A program made the position numbers and the translations under genes. A stretch of 64,000 bases of DNA from Piedraia hortae CBS 480.64. Taxonomy: Eukaryota. This document shows positions 1 to 13,899 of this stretch, piece after piece (position 1 is the first letter of the stretch; every line of letters begins with the position of its first letter). A model generated the notes under the pieces. It worked only from the letters and a program-made list of their open reading frames with translations, was not told the origin of the DNA and searched no databases. The stretch lies in the NCBI GenBank assembly GCA_010093745.1, contig MU005965.1, positions 62,001-126,000 of the forward strand, given 5' to 3'.

Positions 1-489
1 CGACAGTCGCTAACATTTGTTCCCAGACCGACGCGATTGACTTGGACAGGCCATTTTTTTTTGGCCCTTTACATCTCCCGGGTTCCCGACTCTCCGAATT
101 TGGCCTATTCGGCTACTTTCGAGCGACATCGCACTTGGAGCGCTGTCGCGTTCGGCGCCTAACGAAGATCCACCTACCAGCCTTTTACAATTCAGTCGCA
201 CCTCATTTTGACTCGAAAGCAGCTTGTTTGCATCCAAAATCGACGAAAAACTTGCAAGGACGGGGTGGAGAGTTGTTGCACAATTCCCCTTCGTTCATCT
301 GGGAAATGTACTAGACCAGCGCGGTTCAGAACTGTCCAGGCGCTCTATGAATTGCAGGTCGGAGCGGGGATCAGCGACGCGACCGCGACCCCATCGCCTT
401 CAGAGCACCGGCACCACGACGACGGACTATCTAATTCCTACAGCAAACAGCTTGATTGCCTCGAGATATCTTGATATAATTGTTGCAAG

Positions 490-2795
490 ATGATGGCAGC
501 CTACCCTACGGCGGGCATGCAGCCTGGACTTGCACATCCTGGCGTAGCTTCAACTCCCTCACAGCTCGGGCAGCCCATGATGCACCCCGGTGTATCTGGG
601 CCGGGCCAACCACACGCAAATCCGGCCAACGCTATGATGGCCATGCAGCAGGGCGCCATGCCCGCCGGACAGCCTCAGGCCGTAGCAGGGATGGGCATGC
701 CTCAGCCCGGACAGGCAATGGCCGGACAAAGCGTGCCAAGCGGTGCGGCGGCTGCTCATGCCATGCAGCAGCTGAACCCGCAGCATCTCCAAATGCTGCA
801 GCAGTTTCAGTGTAAGTCATAGGCATGGATGGTGAAGGCCGAGCTAACATTTCAGTGCAACACTCGCAAATGAACATCCATCAGCAGCGTATGATGGCGC
901 AGCAGCAGCATCAGCAACAGCAGCGACAGCAGCAGCTTCTTCAGGCACAGATGGTGGCTCAGCAGGCAAACAGCATGGGCAGACTGCAGTCTGGCGCGAT
1001 GCAGCTGAACCCGCAAATGCACTTTCATCCAGGTGCCGGCTTCCATCCGCCAGGAACGGCCGTGCAGCTGCCGCCGCATCTGAAGCAGCAACAGCAGAAT
1101 GCTGAAATGCAACTCGCACAGAGATATGCACATTCCCAGAGTCACCAGGCGCACATTCAGCAGCAGCAACAGCAGCAGCAAGGCATGCAGCATGCGAATT
1201 CTCAGCAGAGCAACGCGAGCCAGGCGGGACATGGGGCGAATTCGCAAATGCGACCTCCGTCACGCGTGGCGAACGCCCACGGTGCGAGTCCCGGCGTGTC
1301 GCAAGCGCACCATCAGGGCGGGCCGGTCAAGACGGTGCACACGCCGCAACCGAGCCAGACGCCGCAGATCCCCCCGCCGCCATCGCAACCGCCACCGCAG
1401 ATGCCGATGCCGGCACAACGGGTGACGATGCCTATGCAGCAGCAGCAGCAACATCAGCTGCAAAGGCTCAAGCAGGTACAGCAGGCGCAGATACAAGCGC
1501 AGGCGCAGCAACAGCAGCAACGCCGGTTTGGGTCCTCGATTCTGCGCATCAACCAGTTTGCGGATCATCTGGGGAACTTTGACCAACAGCGCGGGCTCGA
1601 TCTGACGGCGTGGCACGAGTTTGTCGACAAGCATTTCCACGAAAAAGGACGGTTAATGCACAGCTTCGACGACAGCCCAACCGGCGGCAAGGGCAAGCGG
1701 TACGAGGTGATGCGGGCCAACATTGCACGGTATTTCTACATGTGGTTCATGTCGGGCACGTCGGGCCCCCGTCTGCACACGGAAGATCCCAGCGAGTCTG
1801 TGATGCCCGGCGGACGACTCAAGGTGCACTGCTCTCGTGCCACGCTGTCGGCCTACTTTCCGAACGGACTCCGGTGGGAAATGTCGGGCTCGCTGATGGT
1901 CTTGTTCGCGCAGGCATCGGACGAGATTGAGTGTCTGGAACTGCGGCAGACTAACTCGGAGGAGGTGTTGTCCATGGCCGAGATTGAGCGGGTGCTTGCT
2001 GACACCTCGACGGATAATTCGCCGAAGCTGTCCAAGGGCAAGTTGCCGAAACAGCGGGGGACGTCGCGGCTCGAAGGCCTGACGATTGCGGGCTTTCCGC
2101 GGGTGCCCAAAGGAAGCCTGGGCGTCACGTCCCGCGTCCAGCAGTTTCTCGAGGTGAGCGCATCCTCGGCCGATCCTGCCTGCGAGGCGCTGACTTGGGG
2201 GCAGATTGCCGAGACGATGAATTTCATGGAGGATCTCATGGTCATTTCTCAGGAGAAGGAAGTCACTCCTGGGCTGGCGTTGGAGACGTGGAATGCGCAA
2301 ATGGAAGCCCAAGGCGCACCACAAGCCGGCCAGCAGCAGCAGCAGCAGCAGCAGCAAGCGCAGACGGCCGTTGGTTTTGCGCCCAACGGCGTGCCGATGA
2401 TGGCCAGGACGCCCAGCATGCAGAGCATGGCAATGTCGGCTCAAGCCGGTGCGTTCCCGTCTCCACACGTGGCACAGATGCAACTTCCCAACGGGATCAA
2501 TGGCTCGCCACATTTTGGATATGCGCCGGCCATGGCTGCCTCATACACGTTCCCGCCCGGAGCCCACGCAATGTCGCCGCGTCAAGGAGCCATGGCGGCG
2601 CCGTTGATGATGGCTCAACGGTCGCAACAGGGCACCAACAGCAGCGCAGCCAGCGGGACAACGAGCCCGACGGTGAACAACAAGAGGAGACGCAGCGCCG
2701 CCAAAGGAATGGAAGACGACGGAGGTGAGGTTCACGGAATGCAGCGGATGAAACCCAGTCCACGGATTGCCAAGAAGTCGAAGCCCGGCGGTTAA
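490..2795 (+). CDS. MFG1: Mfg1/PtaB-like transcriptional co-regulator (LIM-domain-binding/LDB1-like domain, Q-rich)
   Basis: ATG at 490. Intron 812-855 (GTAAGT..GCTAAC..CAG) joins the ORFs in frame; a second in-frame intron at 2154-2204 (GTGAGC..GCTGAC..CAG) gives VQQFLE|IAETMNFMEDL. Central domain WHEFVDKHF..IARYFYMWF is flanked by poly-Q, with a basic NKRRRS tail. Confidence 0.8.
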
Positions 2796-2982
2796 TTCTT
2801 TTCATGTACGGCTGATATTTGAACATTTTGCCCCTGTGCTGGGGTGGGGGTGGGGGGGTTTTTTTTTTTGTAAACGAACAACGAATTTAAATTCCTTAAT
2901 CAAGACAGTGAAAGCATTTTCGGATGATCCAAGCCAATCACGATGGGTGGCTCCCACAGACCAATCACAGCCGACGACTCGT

Positions 2983-3009
2983 GGCCTTGAGGCCTTGAGG
3001 CCTTGAGGC
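2983..3009. repeat. (GGCCTTGA)x3 tandem repeat beside two CCAATCA boxes upstream of the GH63-like gene
   Basis: Read directly; CCAATCA occurs near 2934 and at 2961. Confidence 0.7.
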
Positions 3010-3156
3010 TTCTGATAAGGTGCAAAATCTGCATCCGTCATGAGTCGGAGCCCCACAAAATAAATCTTCTCCGAGCCGCACATCTCCCCTATAGACTAGC
3101 GGCGGCGAGCTGCTTCTGTCGTCGGTGACACTGAGGTTGCATCAGTTGCATCAGTC

Positions 3157-6100
3157 ATGGTCCTCGCTGACGGCTCTGACGTGCTTAGCGCCGAGGAACG
3201 GCGCCTGCGGGAAGACCGCGACCGGGTGAAGTACTGGAAGCGGTGGGGCTCATACACGGCCGAGAGGCAGTGGGCTACGGTGAGGGAAGACTACTCGGCC
3301 AACGGCGACGCCTGGTCCAGCTTCACCTACGACGACGCCCGTTCCCGCGCCTTCCGCTGGGGCGAGGATGGCATCGCCGGCGTCTGCGACACCCACGGCC
3401 TGATGCACATTGCCTTTGCCTTTTGGAATGAAAAAGAGTGGGTTCTCCCGCTGTTGTGAGCGTGTGTGTGTGTGTGTGTGGTTCGGGTGCTGACGGGACA
3501 GCGGCCATCTAAAGGAACGGCTGTTCGGCCTGTCGAACCCACAGGGCAACCACGGCGAGTCTCTCAAGGAATGCCATTTCCACCTGGACAACACTCCCAC
3601 CCACTCGTACATGAAATACCTGTACAAGCTGCCGCAGAGCGAGTTTCCCTATCGGAAAATCATAGACGCAAACGCAAAGAGGACGAGGGAGGAGCGGGAA
3701 TACAGCCTCATCGATACTGGCGTGTTTGACGAGTCCAGATACTGGGACTGCTTCATCGAAACGGCCAAAGAGTCGGACAATGCCGAGGAGCTTCTGTTCC
3801 GCGTAACGTGCTACAATCGCGGGCCCGACCATGCCAAGGTGCACATATTGCCGCATGTTTGGTTCCGCAACACCTGGTCGTGGGGCTACGACGATTACCG
3901 GCCCTCGATCAAGCAGCAGGGGCCTTTGGTGGCCGAAATCAACCACCGCAAGCTCGGCCGTCGCTACTTTGACTGCTCGCCTTCGCCTAACAGCTGTGGC
4001 GGCCAGGACGACGTGCGGCCGCAGCTGCTCTTTACCGAGAACGACACGAACTACAAGTCGCTGTGGGGCGGCGAGAACAAACAGCCGTACGTCAAGGATG
4101 CCTTTCATCGCTACGTCGTGGATGGCGAGAAGGACGCCATCGATCCCGCCCGGAAGGGCACCAAATGCGCCGCCTGGTTCGCGTTCAACGAAGGCAAGGG
4201 CGTTGCACCCGGAGAATGCGCTGTCGTGCGGTTTCGCATCGCCACAAACCGCCCGGTAGACTACCTCGACGAGGAGCTGTTTGACGACATCATGGACCAG
4301 CGAATGTCAGAAGCGGACGAGTTTTACTGGAAAATCAACCCGCTGCCAATGGCAGACGACCTTCGCAACATCCAGCGGCAGGCGTTTGCCGGAATGCTCT
4401 GGTGCAAGGAATATTACCACTTCGTCTGGGATCAGTGGGCCAACGGCGATCCAGCAACGCCTCCTCCGCCGCCGGAGCGCAGACACGTCCGCAATGGGCA
4501 GTGGAAGCATATGCACCTGGATGACATCCTCTCGATGCCGGATTCCTGGGAATACCCCTTCTTTGCGGCGTGGGACACCGCCTTCCACTGCATCCCGCTC
4601 GCCATGATTGATCCCGAGTTTGCCAAAAAGCAGCTGGATCTCTTCACCCGGGAGTGGTACATGCACCCCAACGGACAGCTGCCGGCGTACGAATGGAACT
4701 TTGGCGACGTGAACCCGCCCGTACACGCCTGGGCGACGTTCCGGACGTTCAAGATTGAGCGCAAGATGTATGGACGGGAAGACCTGGACTTCCTGGAGCG
4801 CGTCTTCCAGAAGCTGCTGATGAACTTTACGTGGTGGTGCAACCGCAAAGACTTTGACGGGAACAACATCTTTGAAGGAGGCTTTCTCGGGCTGGACAAT
4901 ATCGGTCTGTTCAACCGCTCTGATCCGCTGCCCACCGGCGGCAAGCTCGAACAGGCGGACGCGACCGGATGGATGGGTTTCTACTGTCTCTGCATGCTGA
5001 ATATTGCGCTGGAGCTGGCCAAGCACCGGCGCATTTACGAGGACATTGCGTCCAAGTTCTTCGAGCACTTTGTCCTCATCTCCGATGCCATGCAGCACAG
5101 ACAGGGCGGCGAGGAGAAGTCTCTCTGGAACGAAGAAGACGGCTTCTACTACGACTCCATCACCTGGGGCGGCGGCTGGACGCACTCGATGCCCATCCGC
5201 TCCCTCGTCGGCCTCATCCCGCTGTATGCCACGCTGACGCTGGAGCCGCAGGTGGTCAAGCGGTTTCCGTCGTTCAAGAAGCATCTCGACTGGTTCATCA
5301 AGAACAAGCACGACCTCGCGGGACGCAACATGGCGAGCATGAAGCGTCGCGGCAAGGATGAGCGTTTGCTTCTCTCCCTCGTCAATGAAGACCGTTTACG
5401 CTCCATCCTCAAATACATGCTGAGCGAAGACGAGTTTCTCAGCGACCACGGCATCAGGTCTCTGTCAAGGTACCACCAAGACCATCCAGTATCCATGGAA
5501 GTAAACGGCCAAAAATACTCGGTCAGCTACCTCCCCGGCGACTCTGACAGCGGCCTATTTGGCGGCAACAGCAACTGGCGCGGGCCGGTCTGGCTGGCCG
5601 TCAACTTTCTCCTGATCGAATCTCTCCTACGTCTGTACATGTTCTACGGCAGCAGCTTCAAAGTCGAATGTCCCACGGGGTCAGGCGACATGATGCATCT
5701 CGGCAACGTGGCCGAAGAAATCCAGCATAGGCTGCAGCATCTCATGGCCGTCAACCAACAAGGCCGTCGCGCCATGAACGACGGAAACGACATGCTCGAC
5801 TTTGACCCCAACTGGAACCAGTACCTCTGGTTCTGGGAATTTTTTGACGGCGACACTGGCCGCGGCCTGGGAGCCAGCCATCAATGCGGCTGGACCGGCC
5901 TCATGGCGAAGATCATCCATGACACTGGGTAAGCTTTTCATCCCTTCCCAACGAAATCCACAACTAACATGGCTAAAGTGTCAACTGCCGCCTCCCCCAA
6001 ACCCCCCGCACACCCACCACGGCCGCAGCGCACTACTTTGACGACGTCTTTAGCCGCCAGCGGCGACAATCCCTAGGAGGTCGCTCGTCCCGCCCCACAA

Positions 6101-6309
6101 GAGGCCACAGCCGCACCCTCACCCGCAACAGGTCTATCGGCCAAAGAAGCGACTTGAGCGAATTCACATCCCGCACAAACGCAATCAATACTGACGACGA
6201 AGAAGAAGAAGAGGACGATCCTATCAATAGATACGTCTCTGGAGAACTCAAACGCATTAGAAGTCATGAGAGTAAGGAGTATGCCGAGGAGTTGGCTGCT
6301 GATGATTAG
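3157..6309 (+). CDS. Glycoside hydrolase family 63-like protein (yeast YMR196W-like glucosidase)
   Basis: Exons 3157-3437, 3502-5928 and 5979-6309; intron 1 carries a (TG)n tract. Motifs WATVREDYS, LKERLFGL, SMPDSWEYPFFAAWD, GGNSNWRGPVW, GLGASHQCGWTG; the spliced C-terminus reads VNCRLPQTPRTP. Confidence 0.88.
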
Positions 6310-7945
6310 ATGTTTTTTCTTTTTTTTTCTTTTCTTTTCTCTTTTTTTTTTTTTTTCCTCTTAGACCCCCCAACCCGGGAGGGGCACTCGGGACCCAACT
6401 GAAGGCGGTCGTAGTACAAACCCAAACTTTGTACAACTTTTACTGAGTTTTTCTTTTCTGATGGGATGGGGAGGCATGCCTTGGTGACCATCTGTTGATC
6501 ATGATCTGTGGTGAGAGAAGGCTTATGGCGTATCGTGCATACTCAGTGGATTATGTTCATGTACCCACCTTGTCGTTTTCCCCCGACTATATCCTCCAAG
6601 TCCATCTGAATTTATTGTCAACAGTAGGCGCAGCCGCGTGTATATCTCCCGTCCCAGTCAGGCTTCCTCGTCGGGAGCTGCTAACAAGTCCCGCTAGGAT
6701 GGAAACTTGATCCCGATAGGAAGAACTTCGTGATTGGGGCGTTTATCTTGGGAACAACCACGCTGCTGTATCCTACGAGTTCGGTTTTTTTTTGGATTTC
6801 TCACCTCGGTCGTGACCATTCCTCCTGGAGCTGGATAGTAACTTGGCCATAATGAATCAATTTAAAGTGCTATCTGGGCGGGTCTGGGTAGTAACTTACC
6901 CCGTTTATTTTGCGGTGACGACGCGGGAACTTGCGTCGTTTGTTTTAAATGTGGAGGTGCTTATCCTCTCGTGACGATGGCTCCGTTATTTGCCAGAAAA
7001 TGGATTCCGGGAGGTGTGTCTGCGACTTGCGGGGTTAGGTGGATTGTTTGCAACATGAGTTCGGTGGGTGTGTGATGGTACTGGTGGATTTTGGAAGGCT
7101 TCAATGGATGTGCGAGGGCGATTCGTGCTGGGCTGGTAATGATCGGGTGTGTTGGGACGTGCGAAGTTAGTTCAAGTGCGTGGAAGCCGAAGATTTAGCT
7201 TTGGTTTTCATGATTGCTGGGTATTCATCACTGGTGTGGACAGGAAACGGCGATGAACGAAAGACAACGCGACTGCCCGCCCAAGCCGGCGGGCGGAACT
7301 ATGTACAAGAAACAACTAATCGATCAGCAAAAGCAATGTCGATCATACGATTGACATGCTGAGGCACCGGCAAGGATCGACATTAGCCACCGCCTTGTAG
7401 TATCTTGGCTGAGGTGGTTAAGAAACGGCTCCGCCCTTGAGAATTGTCGTGGTCAGGGTTGGTGAACAACGTGCTGTCTTTCGAGCAGATGAGGAAAGGT
7501 GAGATGATGAGATGTTGTGCATGCTTGCGGTCTTTTTAGGAATGGAACCTCCTTGCTATGAGCATGTGAGTGTTTTGCAGGTCGCCACGGAGCGATCCGC
7601 AGGTGATGACCCATATCCCTGACCAGGGTTCGAGTACTCGGAAATTTTCTTGTGTAGCTCTAGATACGCGTATATACTGACACACCTGTGAGGTGCCGCT
7701 GCTTATTAGAACAGTGAGCATATATTGCCGGACTTTCCTAGATTTTGTTCATGCTACAAGATCGCCGTGTGGATGTGGCTGATACGCTTCCATTGACAGG
7801 TTGTCATGCTTGCTGTCATGCTAGCTGTCAACGCAAGATGAGATACATGACTCTGCTCGGCTTTGCTAAGCCCCATTTGTACGCGATCATTAAACTTTGC
7901 AGATTTTCAGCCTACCTCACATCAAAATACCCATCACACAGAAAA

Positions 7946-9421
7946 ATGGTGCCTCTTGCTTTCGATATTCTGGTCGAGATAGCAAAAAGCCTGAAATGCG
8001 ACAAGTTCTCCTTGCTCAACGCAGCAAAAGTCTGCAGATCATGGAATGATGCAGTCGCGCCTTGCCTTTGGCGCGAAGTTCCGGAAAGTGCGGTCACCAA
8101 TGTCAAGTCCCTTAACCGACGGCAGTACCTCGCAAATGGCATTTGCTCACTCCACTTGCGAGGTAGTTCGACCTGTGAAAAGCTAAACGTGGGCGTGGAC
8201 TTTCCAAAGCTCCGGACCTTGTCTATCACTTTTGAGGCAAGTCTTCGAAGCCGCAGTCCAGAATGCTGTATACGTCTCTTTTTGGTCACATTCTCCCGCG
8301 TGAAAAACCTCACCTTGATTGACCCATTGAAATCCGCATTTGGCGTTCAGGTGATTGAACTGTTGGGGCGACTGGATAACCTACGAACTTTGGAAGTCTA
8401 TCTCGCAAAAGGGCACCGGGGCAGTCTGGAACATATGCTGCTACACTTACCTCGGCATTTAGGTCTTGAATGTTTAAAGATCCATGGGGGCGATCGGAGT
8501 GATGGTACTTTAGTGATAAACCTCGAAACTTTCACAGTACCTGACCCGATTATGCCCAATCTTCGGGTGCTGGAGATGTCTTATGAAGTTCTCAGCCGTC
8601 CAATGACTTACCAATGTGCACACGGTCTACGGAGACTGATCGTCACAATCAAGCACCCACAAGGCCTTTTTGAGGCCATAGGCGAAATGATAAATCTCCA
8701 TGAGCTTAGAATCATCATTGCTCCACACCAGAGGCCATGGCGGTCATACGCATCTTCGCGGCAAGTTTACCGCCTTAAAGCATTGAAAAAGCTGCAGATA
8801 CTCGAAATCAGTGAACAGTCCAGAGGCCAGGGTCCATTCAACAAATACCACTGCTCGCATAGAGACTTTGCCATTATCAAGTTACTGCCGTCCTTTGGGA
8901 ACCTTCGAGAGCTCCATCTTTCGATCGAGGACAGCCTTGAATTCGATATCATGTCGACACTAAGGCAGCACTCTCCCGATATTACGTCGCTAGCGGGAAT
9001 GACCTTTAACGTAGACATTATCTTTATGCTGCGTTTCTATCGGAGGTTTTTCCCTCGCCTCAATAGGCTTGCGCTCGGGATTGTGGTTGAACCGCCGGAT
9101 GAGCTGACCCGTGTGAAACCGAACCCTTGGCGTATTGGTGTTACCGAGTAAGATTCTTAATAAGCAATGACCACTCGAACATCGCTAAAGGTATTGAACA
9201 GGCTTGATAAAGAACGAGTAGTCCAAGTTGATAAGGCTCTTGCATACCATGCGTCCAAACTCAAGGAATTCGTTGTGAAGGATAAGGATATATTTTACTC
9301 GAAAGAGTTGCGTAAGCTCTTTAAGAATCGGGCAAATAAGATTTTAGGCCAAGGATATGCATTGCGGACAAAAAGCCGAAATGGATGTGAAACTTGCATC
9401 GGTAAAACAGTACTTCCATGA
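7946..9421 (+). CDS. F-box-like plus leucine-rich-repeat protein; the only apparently intact member of a local family
   Basis: N-terminus MVPLAFDILVEIAKSL..AAKVCRSWNDAVAPCLWR is an F-box pattern, followed by repeated LxxLxxLxI units. Intron 9148-9201 (GTAAGA..AACAG) removes the stop at 9149 and joins the 9167-9421 ORF in frame. Confidence 0.72.
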
Positions 9422-11600
9422 TCTCATATGGTCCACACACCGACGGGTCCAGAACTTTGAGAGCTCTTCTCGATTGTTGAAACTTTGTTGTGGCCGCTCA
9501 TTCCAGACCATGATCATGATGAATGGATGTCAAGTGCTATCTGGTTTCCATACGCTATGAACGCCATGTCAATAGGAGCCGCCGCAAGGAGAAACTACAT
9601 TCCAGCTCCTGTCGATTTTGTGCAGGTGGAGCACCTCTGACGAGTCCATTGTTCGTCAGAGATCGGTCAGACGCTTGTCCTGCCTCATAATGGTAATTTA
9701 AGATGCCTCTGCCTTACCATGACTACCACGAGGAGTTGCAAGCTGTGGCCCCAGAGTGCTCAAGCATTTTACGTAAACCAACCTCCTCGCAACGCGTTCC
9801 ACGCGATAGAGCAGAGGCTGCAGACGTTTGGCGTTGTCACTTGGGACTCCAAGATATTCCTGCCTTGAGTTTTGTTGGTCGCCCCAACCTGGGCGCACCT
9901 GATAGAATCGAATAAGCTACGCGGCAGCTGGAATACGAACGAACTGATGAATGCAGACAGACATGTGGTTGATGGTATGATTATATGCCACAAGAATGTT
10001 CCCTATGGTGCTAGGGAGGTGTTTGATTATTGTGGCGTCCATAACTCTTGTCACTATGACTCGTCCCGCCAGTCACCTCTTCGATTCGAACATTCCTGCT
10101 CGCATCTTCAACACCAATCATTATCTTGATCCTGGCAACCAGAACACTGCCGAGGTTCGATTCTAACAGATTGGCGCCGTTCATCGTTGTTGGGCTGCCC
10201 TTACGTCCCTTGAAGCAGAAGCCACAGTGAGAAGGCAAACCTGAAGATTCCTATAACCCCGAATCCAAACAAGACGATGAACATAGTATTGTCAAGCCAA
10301 CAGGACTGCCCTTACTGCGAGCAAGCGCGATCAGTCGAGATCGCGCAACGCAGACCGAAGCCTTAGGCTCTGCCACACGTTCCAGCAGACTCAGCAGGTT
10401 CTTCACCATCGTGTTGTCGGCGTTCTGCTTTTGCATGAGTGAAAATGGCTCTGCACTGTACGTGCATTTACGCATTGTGTTAGTGGTCTCCATGTCTGTG
10501 CTGCTTAAGGTGGTGCGGCGGAAAACTTTCAGTGCGTGAAATGCACCCGGGACGAATATCATGAAGGGGCTGTGCCCCACACAGGCCACGCTCCTGCTGT
10601 GTTCTCGTACCACGGCCAGCACGTATACGGGAAATCGTTTAGCACGTTGTCGATACCTCCGGCGGGTGCAGCGAGTGAAGAGGTAAAAAGACTCTTACAC
10701 CGCGGCATTGTTTGAACAGTCTTCGATGCAGATCATGGTAATGGTGGTGACTGAATTGGCCGTGGCGGTCGTGGTTGCGATAGATGAGCGTGTCGCTGTA
10801 ACAGCAGCTGTAATGGTTGTAGCGGGTGCGGTGAGTGTTATGGCAATTGATAATTCGTACACCACCACATCATGAAAGGAATCGCTGATGCTTTCTGTTG
10901 CAGTTCCACCTCGTCGGGTAGTTATGGTCAGTCCTGGGTCTGCAACCACGAGATGCCGTGCATAGCGGATAAAAAGTTGCGGGAGGTCGATCCGCTGCGT
11001 CCAGACTCGACTGTCAGAAAGGACCAAGGAACATTGTCACACCGCACGGTGGGGATTAGTGTTGCATGGTGTGTGTGATGGTTTGTTCAAGAAAACAGGG
11101 GAGTGTAAAGGATGAAACAGTGTGCCAAGACTTCCCCATATCTCGGCGTCACCCGCACGGCATTTGCCGAGACTACGTCATATCACGTGACCTTGTGGCC
11201 TCAATAATCGTTGTTCGAGACGAGCCTTGATAGGAATCCTGGTCAGTGTGGTGGCTTAGTGACTTCAGACAGAAGCCTGGCTCGTTACCCTTGCTGAATA
11301 GCACTTGTAAGTCCTAGCAAGCTAGCATGCTGTTTCTGGCAATTCAAGAAGCTGTTTCAAACTGCACACTGGTTCAATTTAACCGTTAACTACTTCAAAC
11401 TCAAGAAACTTGCGCTTGAAGACGCCCCTCTGGCCTTGTCATGTACCATGTATTAAAGCCGCTTTACCATTTTCAAAAGTAACCCGCCTGTGAATAGAAC
11501 TATCATTTTGTTTCCTTTCCCAAGACAAAACTGTCTATGCCTTACACAAATCATAGTCTCCTGATCCGACTGCTGTCTCGGGGAAAAGTCCAGCTATGTC

Positions 11601-12146
11601 TCATGCTGTCGAAAATTGCGTTTCCAGTTGGCGACCGACCCCAAATACTTTCACCGCAATTACAAACTCCCCGTTTCTATTTCCCTGCCAGTCACCTACC
11701 GTGATTTTGCATTGCGAGCCCACAGTTTCCCGAGCTGCGGCGTAAATTTGTTCACACGCTTCCCGTATAACTTCCTTGCGCGAAGAATTCCCGGGGTGTA
11801 TAATGAGCTTTAGCGACTTCAGATCAACTCCCTATCGGCGAAAGCGAACAGCAATCCATCTTCTCAACAGCGTGTGCACACGATACATGCCTGGAAAAGC
11901 AAATGTAAAATGGCGCAGGGCTTTGGCCGTCTCGTATTCGGGGATGACGGCACGATCGTCGGAGGCCGGAGTCGGGTCGCAGAGAAACATGAGGAACTTA
12001 CAGCAGGAGAATGCTAGAAGATGCGCTTCTTTGTACATCTGGCGGCAGACAAGGAGGAAAATAAGCCGCTGCGAGGGACAGCACACGGGAAAGATGCACC
12101 TGTAGACCATGTTGCGCAGCTCCGGAGGTAGCCTAAGAAGATGCAT
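11601..12146 (-). pseudogene. Small F-box-like gene with one internal TAG
   Basis: Starts MHLLRLPPELRNMVY..LLVCRQMYKEA. TAG at 11832-11834, then the same frame stays open for 76 codons to TGA at 11601. Confidence 0.55.
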
Positions 12147-13899
12147 CCTGATGTTTGTCAGGTCACTGCGTTGTGTGGTTTGACAGAATCCTGAGTCAGT
12201 GACGGGTGAGGCGGAGTAGGGAACGCTGCCCGTCTCTATTCATAAATAAAGAGTGAAGTGCGTTGACGTATTCACCAGCCTCGACAACGCTTTCACTTTG
12301 AGGTACAGCACAATACTTCGGCTGTTGGCATGGATATATGCTTATGGCATCCATTTCCAGCAGTTCGACTTAGGCCGTCAGCCCTTAATTCGTCATCACC
12401 ATCACCACCCTGCAACTGTAATTGCGATTCAACCGACAGGCTGCATTCCGTTGTTAGCAGCACGTTTTGGCAATCTAAACTTCGTCTTGCGCCTGCTTCT
12501 TCTATAACCGCTACCAGAGGCTCTGCGGCATCAGACTTCGCCAAGTCCTCCACTTGCTTCTCTCCATTTGTGGGGCTCAACGACTTAAACTCGGCGACTA
12601 GCCTGCTGTATGATGTGAGCTTGCACTTCACCTTAAATACCACTCCCGAGAGCCTATGCAGTCTAGCCGCCCGTTCCCCCGCAGCCACTCTCCATACCCA
12701 ACTCGAAACTGAACTGCTATCTCCATAAACCCCGAGCAAAGCCATCTTTGACACAACAAGTACCTGTTCACCAATGGAAAAAAAAAATAGAACAGTCAGG
12801 ACAATGCTACCAGACATTATCTACACAACAACCCACCTCCAGGTCTACACCCAATCCTTCCCCGCCGCATGCATGCTCGTATAACCTTTAAACTACGCGA
12901 CATCCTCTCTACACAAGACTACCGCAAAACTTCCACCCCTTGAACAATATTCCCCTCCGCTGAAATATAAACATTGGGAACTGGTTCTTATCGTAGTCAA
13001 GCTAAGCGACCAACGCAAAAAGCTTCCTTGGCCGACGTGATTCGCCAAGGTCCTCTCAAAAGAATGTAGTAAAACTGCCACCCTGATTTCCAAGAAATAG
13101 GGCCATTAAAAACCCAACCACTGGTTGAATGTCCAGTGTATCATCACCAAAAGAAAAGTCCAAATACATGCTTGTCGGCGCGTGCTAGGTCCTGCAGTGA
13201 CCCTCCTTGCAGCGTCGACGTGACGAGCAGTTGCTTTGGTTCAGAAAGCAGGCGATTGCGCAGGCCATGTTAGGCTGTGATTGGGTTGCGACCCACATGA
13301 GGCTTTCCACAATGCATTGGTCTGATGGTGTTTGAAGGCGGTGGTGAGAGCTTGATGAGTGGAGACAGGACGAGTGTCAAGTTGCTGAGCTGGATGACAT
13401 CATCTTGGGTTATGCAGAGGGCTCTTGACGACCAATCTCTGCTAATACGGCACCCGATATGAAAATTGACCAGTCCGAAGGGAGTAAATTTACATGACCC
13501 CCTCAACCTAAGTTTACGATCCTAGAAGCGAGAATGCCACCCCTCCGCCTCAAGCCGCCAAGGGGGGCGGGAATGAGTAGCCGCGCGTCCGAAAAGGCTA
13601 CTTCGAAGTTAATCCCGGCAATCGCGAGCCCACAGAACAATATTCAACTCTTCTCCAGGATTCTGGTCTTGCCAAACATGTTCAGTTGGCTGCTCTTTGC
13701 TCAACCCGCGTATATGGCTGTTGTCAAATGCTCGAGTCAATTCAACCCAAGTTTCGACTGGAACTTCGCAGAGTGCGTTCAGCTCCGCGGTTCCGCCCAC
13801 CAGTTCCAACGAGTCCACGATATCTGGGAGATCCGCCGAAGACTTGTCAATGCACTGGGTGCTGAGTTGCGTCCGTTGCATTGCGCAGGTATTCATGGG

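Noticed and set aside
4307..5311. Long antisense ORFs (also 1653-2513, 24095-24811, 38441-39220)
   Set aside because: They are shadows of GC-rich, codon-biased genes on the opposite strand.
6500..7250. Further F-box/LRR relics here and at 32343-32790 (minus strand)
   Set aside because: Only faint, short similarities by eye; not enough to call without an alignment.
10140..10175. tRNA suggested by GGTTCGATTC (similar motifs near 7626 and 53026)
   Set aside because: No acceptor stem, D arm or anticodon arm can be formed.
12293..12817. 174-aa ORF as a real gene
   Set aside because: No recognisable motif or clear splice structure in a relic-rich region.
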